Shown here in pieces: positions 50,701-62,000 of a stretch of DNA of 64,000 nucleotides. Within the stretch, counting starts at the first letter, position 1. Every line of letters starts with the position of its first letter. The translations under genes were made by a program, and so were the position numbers. This DNA comes from Vitrella brassicaformis CCMP3155 (Eukaryota; Protista; Chromerida): NCBI GenBank assembly GCA_001179505.1, contig CDMY01000428.1, forward strand, positions 14,114 through 78,113, given 5' to 3'. A model generated the notes under the pieces. It was not told the DNA's origin. It worked only from the letters and a program-made list of their open reading frames with translations, and ran no database searches.

Positions 50701-53700
50701 AGGGGTGGCCCGCCAACACCTCGTAGCGACCGTTGCTGTCGACAGTCCGATTCCGATCAGGACCTGATGGCAGAGAGAGAGAGAGGGGAAGAAAAGCCAG
50801 AAGGGATGCAGCCATCCAAGACAAGGCAGCTGTGTGTACGGTGTGTGGTCCATTGTGTGAGGTGGTTTACCTCTCACCATGAGGTATCCCGCCGGTGTGG
50901 TGAATCGTGAGTCCTCCTCGCAGCCCTCCGTGTTGGTCTGCGTTTCGGGCGCCGGCCCACCCACCCACACAACCTCTGAATTTCAGAGAGACACACAATA
51001 ATACACACACGCGCGCCGGTGGAGTGGATGTGCATACATCGCTACACCACGTCGCTATTCAGCTTATACTTGGGCAGTAGCAGAGCTGGTATATGCCTGG
51101 TGTGAGGCTGACGTACTCGGTGGCCTCCGTTCGCCCGCCCACGGGTACTAGCAGGTCCAGGTTGCTATAGACATCGAACTCTGTGGCGTTCTCGCTGTCT
51201 GCCGTGTTCTTGATCTGGTTGACCGAGACACAACGACATGTCCACACATAATGAACACCGTCCGTGCTGCCATGCCTTCATTGTATCCTTCCTTACGATT
51301 CCGTTGATGTGCTGGGCGGCCCTGTTGACGGTCCCGCACACAGCGTCGTTTTCACTCAGCTTCCATAAACAAGGAGAGGGAAGACACCCACATACATACC
51401 GATGTGCTTCGGGGCGTGGTAAGTTTGCTGGCTGAGTCAACTCACGAGGTCAAATGGCAGTGGGCCATCGATGTATATCATGAGGTCGTCTTTCTCCATC
51501 CTCCTCCCCCGCACCCTCACCGTGCACTGCGGCACGCTGCTCTGGCTGTCGACCAGATTCGTCTCGTTGGCTTTGCAGTGCACCCAGTTGTGCCCGAACG
51601 GACCATAAATGTCAATGGCGGTAGTGCTCTCCACGCCAGTGACGGTTGTGGAGAAGGAGGGGTCGATGGTGTTGAAGCCCATGCTGACCTGCGACAATAG
51701 GGCCGGCTGCCAGCAGAGGTGGAAGAGGGAGGTGCCGTTCTCGCCTCGATAGCCGGCGTAGCGCGGGACGGCCTTCTTGGATGTGGACTGGAAGGTGAAC
51801 TTGAGGAAGCCGCCCCTGTGCATGCGGCATGCACACAGACAAAGATACATACCTCTGTGTCTGTTTTTCTGGGTGTGTTGAGCTGCACTGCAGACGCTGG
51901 GTCAAGCGATGCTGTCGCCACGCTGTCAGTGAAGACCTCAACTCTGCATTGGCAAAGCACAGAACAAGGTAAGACCGTCAGCAGAGTCATCCTAAGGATA
52001 CGCTGCCTGCTGTGCTTGCTGACTTGTCCGGGTCAGTTTCGCCGCAGCTCTCGTTGTAGTACAATACCTCGCCATCCAACAGATCCTGAAGCAACAGAAC
52101 GTCTAACGGACCCCCTGCCTGTATATGTGTCTCTCTCTGCTGGCCGTGGCCACACCCATCAATACATCAATCGATCATACCGACCGCTGGTTTTCTTCTG
52201 AGCATCCGCATCTCGTCGCCCGCATCGCAGCCGTAGCAGAAAGAATCGGCCTCGGGGGAGGTCGTGACTTTGATCTCACACGTCCTGCCCGCATAGCATA
52301 TGTAGGGGGCGTACTGCACATCAGCCTTGGCACCCACAACCATAATGTCGCCTGTGTATGTGTGTGTGAGACAACACAACCAATAATTGTCAGAGGGAAG
52401 GAGAGGCGTCTCTATGTGTGTATGTGACCTGCTCTCCATTTGTATGACTCGGCTGTGCTGTCGTCAGTGCATATGGCGCCGCCCCTCTCCACACCAGGGC
52501 ACCAGCACAGCTTGTACTTGCCCTGCACCAACGGACTGCTCCTGAACCCATGAGGGAACAACACGGCAACACCACCAATCGGCATAAGCGGACTGTTCGG
52601 TGCTCGATCGGTCCCGTTTGTACGGTGGCAAGCTGATGACGTATTCGACGCCTCCCCCACTCGCCACAGACACAGTCGTCTGGTCGATCGACACAAACAA
52701 ACGGACACCCGTATCACGTCTGCGCGTCCCGCGACTGATTCAATCAATCACTGACCACATCGACGGTTGGGTAAAGGTTCGGGTCAAGTGTGCCGCCGAT
52801 GAAGTCGTTGGCATCGCCGCAGTCCCCCGCGTCTGCGTTGGTGTAGGTGCCGTCACCCACAATGGCCATGCGGTCGCCGTCCTGCAGACCGTGGTGCTGC
52901 CCCGCCGTCAGCGTGATGATGCACGGATTCCTGCTGACGGCGCACTTCTTCGTCCCGACCGTGTTCTTAACGGGACCTGCCCACACATACAATACACGGA
53001 ACAAACAGAGAGGGAGGCGAAACTAATGCTTAGTCAGTTCAGTCACACTGCAGTGAACGTCGGTCGCATCACGTACGTACCAGCAATGGTGAGGGCTGCA
53101 GCTTTGAATGGGTAGGCGTCTCTGTAGATGTAGAGGTTCCCATTGGTGTCGTTGGTGGCCGCAGCACACGAGAGGCCCGTGTAGGTGGCGAAGGGGCAGT
53201 AACACAGCCAGTGAGCACCGGGCGTGATGGACACAAACACGGGGTCGGTCGCCGCGTGGACGCTCACGATGTCGAAGCTCACGACCGGCGATCCCGCCTC
53301 CATTGCAGAACGGGCTGGAAATTACGATGGATAGCGCAGGTCATAACACCGATTGCATGCGTGCTTCATGTGCTGTCTACCGACCGAGCAGCTCTCTGGA
53401 TGTGCCCGTCTGGGTGGTGTCCATATCGGCGGTGATGCCGTTGGCGGTGCAGGCCGTCCCGAAGGCTGATGAGTCAGCAGCCGTGGCCTTGAAGACCGCC
53501 AGCATGTCCGGCTTCCCTCCACTACCAATAATGCCTGCATACGTATGGGCATCACACACGTACACGCACGCGCAAATGTTGTTATACGACGACAGTGTGT
53601 AAGGCATCCCATCTCCCCGCACGCACCGTTTGTGACGTCGACAGGGAATGCTGTCTGCCCGTCTGCGATGACGACATTGGAGCCGGTGTTCGAGTCGAAG

Positions 53701-54978
53701 TGGAAGCCCGCTGGGGTGAAGGCCATGGAGCAGTACTGCCCCACTGCACACGACACCTCCGTGATGCCGTCGACGGGAAAACCCACCACTTGGATGAGGA
53801 AGCCGATGTCGATGGAATACTGCGATACACTGACGGCAGTGCTGCCGCCACCGCAGCCGCCGGCAAGGTCACTCAGACACACACAGAGGGAATAAAACCT
53901 GACGGAATGAATGAGCATACAGAGACCGCCGGGCCGGCACACAGAATAAATCCAGATAGCCAAAAAGGTACCCGGGGTATCGAAATGCGATGGAGTTGGA
54001 CTGGCCGGCGGCCGAGCTGCCAATCACACATGGCTGGTCAGGGCCAGCAGTCACACAACCGACGGCACCTGACGATACACGCAGAGAGCACACAGACATG
54101 CACATCAGCAATCAGCTTGTCCTCTCTGCGTGGCTGAAGAGCGCCTGCCTGCGGGGAAGCTGGTCTGGGTGTAGGTCGAGGGGTTGTCGGGCGGCAGCAC
54201 CCCAGTCTGGTCATGCGATATGATGATGGACTTGCCATTCCACGAACCAAACGTCTCACGGTCGCTCGCGCACCTGGTGGAGATCAGATCAGATCACCCG
54301 CTGCCCTCTCTCCTTCTCTGCCTCAGTCACCCACTTACCCGATGGTAGCTGGCTCCAGCACGACGCCATCTGAGGCACTGAAATCGTTCGAACTGTCGCG
54401 GTCCTCCAGCTCGATAGTGAACAAGCCACCTGCATACACACAACAACGCTCCGCAGCCGTGATGAGTCACCGTGTGATGTCTAAACGCTGACCTGGGAAC
54501 AAGCGGGTGAAGTTTGTCGCGGGCGATCCGCCCCTTATGAGCTGCTCATTTCTGACGGTGATGCTGCCGATGGAGTCCCCATCCATCTGCAGCCGACGAA
54601 CAGCGCCCTCTTGCTGAACACACACACACACCGGAACATATCACACGCGCACGAGGGAGAAGCAGATTAGGTGACCAACCACGCTGGCAGAGAGAGCTCA
54701 CGTGTCCAGGGAGGAAGGAGAATCCCTCCTCCTCGTCAAAGAATACGGACCCTCCGCCGAAGGCACTGGCAGTGGGAGCCAGCGCCCTGCGATGCGATGA
54801 ATAACCTCCGTGCTCGCGTCTGTTGGGAAGACCAACAGACGTCATCCGGCTGATCCATCTCCACGGTGTACCTGTATTCATCTTGTATGATGCCACTGCC
54901 ATCATCGGCGCCACATAGCCTCCAATAGCGTCCGATAACCGCCCAAAGGACGAGGAACGTAACGCCCTTTCCACTCAT
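38759..54978 (-). CDS. Giant secreted/surface protein made of repeated beta-rich modules, many exons, spans a gap
   Basis: Signal-like N-terminus MSGKGVTFLVLWAVIGRYWRLCGA-DD at 54978. A continuous chain of minus-strand GT-AG exons encodes T/S/V/P/G-rich beta-like sequence. Hydrophobic C-terminus WVPLAILFFHLLVS precedes the stop at 38759. Single-gene continuity is inferred. Confidence 0.7.
46182..46481. other. Assembly gap (300 N)
   Basis: Run of N with poly-G on both sides, inside an apparent intron of the giant gene. Confidence 1.
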
Positions 54979-55225
54979 CTACTCGCCATCCCCGAAAGAT
55001 CTCCTTTGAGCGGTAAACTCTAATGGGGGCCATGGGGGCGAGAGAGACCGCACGCATGCGCGGCCGAGGAGCCTCCTCCAGCTCATCAGGTCCGCAACAG
55101 TAACGAACAAGACCTTAGTGAGCTGCTGAGGGGTGCTTCGAGCTGAACTTCCCCGTCCGCCTCCCTCCTCTGTCCGCCATCCTCCTCTGGTCTGAGATCA
55201 CCTTCCCTGCCTCTTCTCACTCATC

Positions 55226-57261
55226 ATGCTGTCGGAGCTCAACCACACGCGTCGGAGGGGGCATGAGTCTGACAAGGAGGGGAGGACACGACACCGCCAG
55301 GAGATAAGGAACAGCTCCACGCGGGCCAGCAAGGCCAACACCCCCAACAACACCCGAACCTTCTCCAAGTACCTGCCCCCTCGTGCAGACGGTGACACGA
55401 CAGAGCCCCTGGAACTGCAGTCGCCTGTACTGGCCAAAAACGGCCTCAAGTATGGGCTGGGGAGGGGGGCCAAGGCAGGTGCGAGCGCGACGGCCACACA
55501 CTTGGCAGAGAGGGGTACGGCTGGGGCGGTGTCGCGTGCATTGGCGTTCAATCGAGATGACCGCCGTGTGCGAGAACAGAAGGACACCAAGGAACGTGTC
55601 AAGGTACTGGCTGACTTCTGCTGCCGCATTCATTGCCACGCGAAGGAGGGCGCTGTCTCGTTGTCTTCAGGTGCGTCAAGCGAATGCAAGCGTGGAGACA
55701 GCTCCGTACGACGTCACTGTGGACCAGGATGACACCAACACTCCTAACAATCGTCCCTTGGGTCTCCTGTCCACGTTCGGCATGGCGCACCTGGGTCAGC
55801 AACTGTCGAGTCTCGCCATCCAAACGCGAGGCGAGGCCCGCAAGAACGACATCCTCTCCCGCGCATCCCGGACCATCAACGGAGCTGACACTAGCAAGAC
55901 GCGCTCGGCGGCGTTGAAGATAGAGGAGTTGCTCAACTCCACCCTCGACCGCCCAGACACACTGGTCGACGGGGCGCTTCTCGACACGAAGAGGAACCGC
56001 ACAGGGGCATCGCGCGACGACATCGACGCGTGCGTGATTCAGCCGCCCGCGTCGGTGATCCGTCGACGGGAGAAGCTGGACAACTTCTCTGTGGGAATGC
56101 CGCACCTGACTGCCAGGGGGGCGTGGCTCGAGCCGGGTGCCCTGCCACTGGCGCTGAGGAATGCCGTCAACTTCCTCAGTGGGACGCCCTTCCCTAGGAC
56201 CAAGTTCCCCAGTCCCAAGGGCTCTTTGGCCCCTGCAGAGGAGCCTAAGACGTCTCTGGTGCCCTCGGACGTGCCTGGCATCCCCATGAATGGGAGAGGC
56301 TTCCACCGAAGGCTCACCGTCGTCCTGGGTAAGTCAGCGCCTGAACAGGCACACGTCGCTGACTGCAAGAGAGACATGGACCTCGGCCCGTCTGTTTGTG
56401 TGTTCAGATTTGGATGAAACGCTAATGCACTGCAAGTCGGAGCCGATGAATCGGGAGGCCGATGTCACGGTCCGGTTTGAGGACTCGAGCAACGTGGTGG
56501 GTCGGTGCCGGAGGAGACATGTCTGGATCGACCACATTGCGTGTCTATCGATCTGTCTGTCTGTCTGTCTCTTTTGTCAGGGTCATGTGTATTTCCGTCC
56601 GGAGGTGAGGAGTTTCCTCAGAAAGGTCTCGCAGCTATACGAGTTGGTAATCTTCACCGCCAGCACGCAGTCGTACGCTGACCAGGTGAGACAGGACACG
56701 TGTTCTCGATGAATCGATGGATGGATGGATGACCCTGAAGTGCATATCTTTGTGTGTGCAGGTGATCGGTTTCCTTGACCCCAATCGTGAGTGGGTCAAG
56801 AACCGGTTGTACCGCCACCACTGCACCGAGGTGAGTGGTGGATACGTCAAGGACCTACGCATCTTCAACCGACCGCTCGACCGAGTGGTGCTCGTCGACA
56901 ACTCGCCCATCAGGTCAACAGACACTCACACAGACAGAGAGGCCTCTCCTCTCTTACGAATGTTGTCTCTTTGCGTTCAGTCTGGCTTTTCAGCCGGACA
57001 ACGGACTGTTGATCAACAGCTGGCTGGGCGACCAGGACGACAGAGAACTCGATGAACTTGAGAATGAACTGCAGGCATGACCAGACCACCCATCCATACT
57101 ACAGACGCGCAAATGTCCCCACGTTTGTGTCTCTTTGTGTGCTGTGCCAGTTGTTGGACGACCATGGCGATGTGCGTCGGTATCTGGAGACCCGTTACGG
57201 CTTCAAGCAGTGGATCAACGGCTTCAGACAAAACCTGGAACCGATCGCCCAGATCAACTGA
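55226..57261 (+). CDS. FCP1/SCP (CTD small phosphatase-like, HAD family) phosphatase with long disordered N-terminus
   Basis: LTVVL/DLDETLMH (DxDxT), HVYFRP, YELVIFTAS...YAD, LDP, RLYRHHC, YVKDL, VVLVDNSP, QPDNG; ends ...IAQIN* at 57261. Confidence 0.93.
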
Positions 57262-57559
57262 CAGACCACACAGGCGTACGATGAAGACAGCGAGAGAAAG
57301 GAGAACGCCCATTCACGCGGCTGTGTGCATTGTTTATTCAGGCTGGTTGGCTTGGTGGTTGGTTGTGCATGCGTGTCTCGTCCGCCAGACCGAGAGAATA
57401 GCACTGCCGTCGGCCGATATCGCTCCCCGTGTCCCTCCGACCCCTCCGTGTGCATACACACACATGCTTCTGAGCAGCTCGCTTGCGTGTCAAAGCCGTG
57501 GACACTAGGCAATTACTGAACATCCAAACAATCAATCAATCTGCCAACACGAGAAGGCC

Positions 57560-58838
57560 CTAGCGGCAAAAGCCTTCGTCGTAAAAGCCTTCGTCGTCCT
57601 CCGTTGCGCGAGGGTCACGATCTGCCGAACAAGTCGCGTCTCCGCGATGCAGCCGGATTGCACAGAGAGGCAACACCTGAGCAGCAACACACACACGGGG
57701 ATCGGCGTACAAAAAGAATGTCCCCTGTGCCGACGAGAAGAGGACCCACTCTCTTTCGTCAGGCGATATGTGGCTGTCGAAGCCCTCCATCCTGTCGGCT
57801 CCGTCGATTCTCTTTACACACTTGTACGTGCGCCCCAGCAGCACCGCACACACGAGGAGGCAGCCCCCTGCGCCACAGTAGGACAACGAAGTTTCAATAT
57901 AAGGGGAGAGGTAGATGCCACGTCCCCAATAGCTGTACGAACACGCAGCATAGGCCTGCAGCCATATCTCCGCAATGTGTGAGTGCGTTGTCACCCTTTG
58001 TCCGTCCTGTGTGTCACGTCATTGTCCTTGCCTGCAGGTCACCATGCATATGCAGTCTCTTGTCAAGCGTCTGTATGAGTGTGTTGGGCCTCTGCAGTAC
58101 CGGGCACAAGGAGGCCTCGCCTAAGAATGCTCGTGTAGCGCTCCGACGAGGTGCCGTGGAACGCCAGATAGACCTGAAGCGAGGCCAAAAGATAGTGAAT
58201 CGACAGGTCTTCTTCCAGCAGAAAATGCTGACGTACATTTGTGGGGTGGTAGGTCCACTTGGAGACTGCCTGCCCCCTGAACCTTGCTTCAAGCCGCCGC
58301 TGCTCCAACTCAAAGTGTAGGGACAGCAGTACACCGCTTTCTATCAGTCGTGTGTGACCGTCTTTCAGAAGCTTTTCTGTAGAGGCGACCTGGGGCAGGG
58401 ACACGACGACACCTTGCCGTCCAGATGCACTGCGAACTCTCTTGACCTTCATGCGTTTTCCCAGCTGCTCTAGTGTGTGTGGCAGCTCCTCAAGGACGAA
58501 GCGGTGAGCAGAAGAGAAGTCATCGAAAAATGACCCACCGATCCTCTCCGCACGACCGCCGCTCCCACAGAGAGTCTGCACGTCACACAACCAACTGCAT
58601 GCAACCGTGATCCAACATAGCGTCCACCAAGCTCTACCGCTTCATCGTCGGAATTATCGTCGGGATCTCGCACGAAACCGACGACATCGGCCGCATCTTG
58701 CAGCCGGCAAGGCAGATCCCTGTCGACCGAGTCCACCCGTATAAGCTCGGCTTCATCATCGGGCTCTGCTGCAGCATCCACGTCCAGGAAACTGGCCTCG
58801 TCAAAACGAGTCGCAAACACTGAGAGTGCAAAGGCCAT
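57560..58838 (-). CDS. PARP-family (ARTD) ADP-ribosyltransferase catalytic-domain protein
   Basis: LAFHGTS...ILRRGL (His), GYWGRGIYLS (Tyr), SLSYC, LLVCAVLLGR, GFDSH, EREWVLFSSAQ/VLP (Glu). Acidic N-terminal region. Confidence 0.85.
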
Positions 58839-59011
58839 AGAGGTGGATGAGCTGCTCTTGTGGGCTTTGAATGTAGGAATTCCTATGAGTCCGATCCCAC
58901 TCGGGGTCTGCGAGCTTAGCTAAAGCAGAGAGAGATCTGCACAGGACGGTTGACGACACAGCCAGGCGGTTTATCCTTGCCTTTTCGTGCTGGACCGTCA
59001 CCTTGCTTCCA

Positions 59012-62000
59012 ATGAGTCGCTCGAGCCGTATAATTGTCAAGGGTGTGCCGAAGCACTGGGATGAGAGGCGACTCAAGCAGCATATCGAGCGCATCGGCCA
59101 GGCCATCACCGACTGCAAGATTGCCAAGACCAGAGATGGGAAAACACGACAGTTCGCCTTCGTCGGCTTCAAAAGCGCAGATGCCGCTCAGAATGCTGTC
59201 GACTACTTCAACCAGACCTACCTCGACACATCCAAGGTGACCGTCGAGTTCGCCGTGGCGCCCGAGTCCAAGCAACTGCCTCGTCCCTGGTCCAAGTACT
59301 CCAAGGGGAGCTCAGCCCACGCCAGGCTCAACCAGCCCGACGAAGCGGACGGGGAAAGGGTTGCAGAAAAGGGCGGCAAGGGCAAGCTTAAGGACAGGGG
59401 AGGGGATGAGGTGGTGGAAGATGCCGGCCTGCAGGAGTTCCTCGACGTCGTGGGCAAGAGAAGAGGCAAGCAGACCTGGGCAAACGAGGACACCGTCTCA
59501 GCAGCTGTGCGGCAGGATTCGGTCAAGCCCACCAAGGCCGGCGTGGCGAGCACCAGGACGCACCTTCAGTTCGATGACGACGAGCCTGAGGATGAAGATC
59601 AAGAAGACGTCAACGACTTCACAGAGGTGGCGGCCATGGATGACAGGGGCACAGAGGGCCGCCGGGACAAGGCGTCCATCGCCTTCGACGAGTCGGTCGA
59701 CGACATGGCCTACCTGCGGTCCAAGATGACTGCGACCAGCAAGCCAGCCGCTGATGACGAGCCCTCACCCGACACGCAGCAACAAGACGACCAGCATCCT
59801 GGGGACGCAGACATGGTCGGCTCTCCGGCGAGCAACGATGAGGGGGATGAGCCGATGGGTGAAGGCGATTCCAGCCCCATGGACACGACTAATGACCTCA
59901 AAGTGGACCTGTTGGCGGACGACGATGGGCAAGATGGCGAGATGCAACTCGCCGACTCGCAACAAGAAGAAGAGGACCTGGCGTCGAGCGGTCGGCTGTT
60001 CTTGATGAATCTGTCGTACGAGACGACCGAGAAGGAGCTGCGGGACCTCTGCGGCAAGCATGGCGAGATCGCCGAAGTCCATATTCCCAAAGATGAGGTA
60101 TGTGCGCTGCGCTCATCCATGCCATCAGCACACATGTCGTGCANNNNNNNNNNNNNNNNNNNNNNNNNNNNNNNNNNNNNNNNNNNNNNNNNNNNNNNNN
60201 NNNNNNNNNNNNNNNNNNNNNNNNNNNNNNNNNNNNNNNNNNNNNNNNNNNNNNNNNNNNNNNNNNNNNNNNNNNNNNNNNNNNNNNNNNNNNNNNNNNN
60301 NNNNNNNNNNNNNNNNNNNNNNNNNNNNNNNNNNNNNNNNNNNNNNNNNNNNNNNNNNNNNNNNNNNNNNNNNNNNNNNNNNNNNNNNNNNNNNNNNNNN
60401 NNNNNNNNNNNNNNNNNNNNNNNNNNNNNNNNNNNNNNNNNNNCCCCCCCCCCCCCCCCGTCTGGTTCGTCTGTTTGCCCGTGCCGTTCAGTTGAGTGGT
60501 CGTGCGCGTGGCATTGCCTACGTGACATACGTCTTCCCCGAGCAGGCTGTCAAGGCACTGCCCGCCCTGCACAAGCACATCTTCCAAGGCCGGCTGCTCA
60601 AGGCCTTCCCCGCCAAACCCAAGCCCAAAACAGTCGAGGTCAGCCAGGCAGTATCCCGTTGTCGGACTGCAGCATGCACACGCGGCATGTGTGTGTTTCA
60701 TCCACACAGGTGGAGAAGGTTGTTGGGGGGAAGAAGAAGGGCACCAGCTCATACAAACAGAAGCTTCAAGAGAAGAAGGAACAGGTGGATGGGGTGGGTC
60801 TGGTGTGGTGGGGCAGGCAGCAACACGCAGTCCTTGTTGACCTGTCGCTTGCCGTACCTTAGTTACCTCTTCCCCCTCTTGTCTGTCTTTTGCCTCTCTC
60901 TCTCTGGCTACTTACAGGAGGCGGGCAATCCTCAGCAGTGGAATCTGCTGTACGTGTCTGCCAACGCCGCCACCGACGTGATAGCCCAGCAGCTGGGCAT
61001 CGAGAAGCGAGACCTGTTGGATGTGTCGAGCGACAATCTGGCTGTGCGGGTAGCCCTGGGCGAGACCAGGGTGCTGCAGGACACCAGGCGATGGCTCAAG
61101 GAGGAAGGCATCCATGTCGAGGCATTCGAACGTGTTGGTACGGACGCACACGACACAACACAACACAACACAACACATGGTTGGATGTGACGGTGTACTT
61201 TGAGTGAGGTGTCTGTGAACACAGGCAGATGCGTGTGCGTGTGTGTCTGTGTGTGTGGTGGTTGTTGTTGTGGCGTGTTCAGGCAACTCCCTGCTGACCG
61301 CTCGGTCGAGCCGTGACGTCCCTCGGTCGGATGACACGCTGATCGTCAAACATCTGCCGGCAAACACCACGTCAGTCGGCTACCCAGCCGCCACACCCAC
61401 ATACAAGCATTGTGGGCTGCATTTTTTGTTTGCTGTGTGCCGTGGCTTGGCTTGCTGGTGCAGCGAGAAGGACCTGCAAGACCTCTTCGTCAAATCCGGC
61501 CCCATCAGTGAGTAGAGTGCAAAAACGGGACTGTCATCTGTCCATCAGGCAACACAACACGGATGTGTGTGTGTCTGGCTTGTCAGTGCGACTGTGTCTG
61601 GCTCCTTCGCGGACAGTGGCTGTGGTGCAGTTCGTGCAGCCATCCCACGCCAGGGCCGCCTTCAAAGCACTCGCATACAAACGATTCAAGTGAGCAACTA
61701 ACTGGGGGAGAGAGAGCAGAGTGCAGGGTATCCATCGGATGCATCGAGTGTGTTCCTTATCCCCCCAGGCAAGTGCCACTCTACCTCGAGTGGGCCCCAG
61801 CTGACGTCTTCACAGACTCGCAGCAAGATCACACCAACCACCAGGGCGACACCAGCTCAGCCAAGCCCAACGGCAAGGCGAAGGAAGACACCAAGGATAC
61901 CCAGCCGGAGGACAAGCTCAAGCAGCTCATCGACCGTGACCGCAGAAGGAGGGGCGAGAAGCCCCTCCTGACCGACGACAAGAAGAAGGCACTCAGGCGG

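Noticed and set aside
57569-57598. Tandem duplication of AAAGCCTTCGTCGT
   Set aside because: A two-copy duplication in the PARP tail (DEGFYDEGF) with no spacer array; not CRISPR-like.
30845-60459. Three identical 300-N gaps next to poly-G/poly-C runs
   Set aside because: Most likely fixed-size scaffolding placeholders where sequencing failed at homopolymers. The X-containing ORFs are artefacts.
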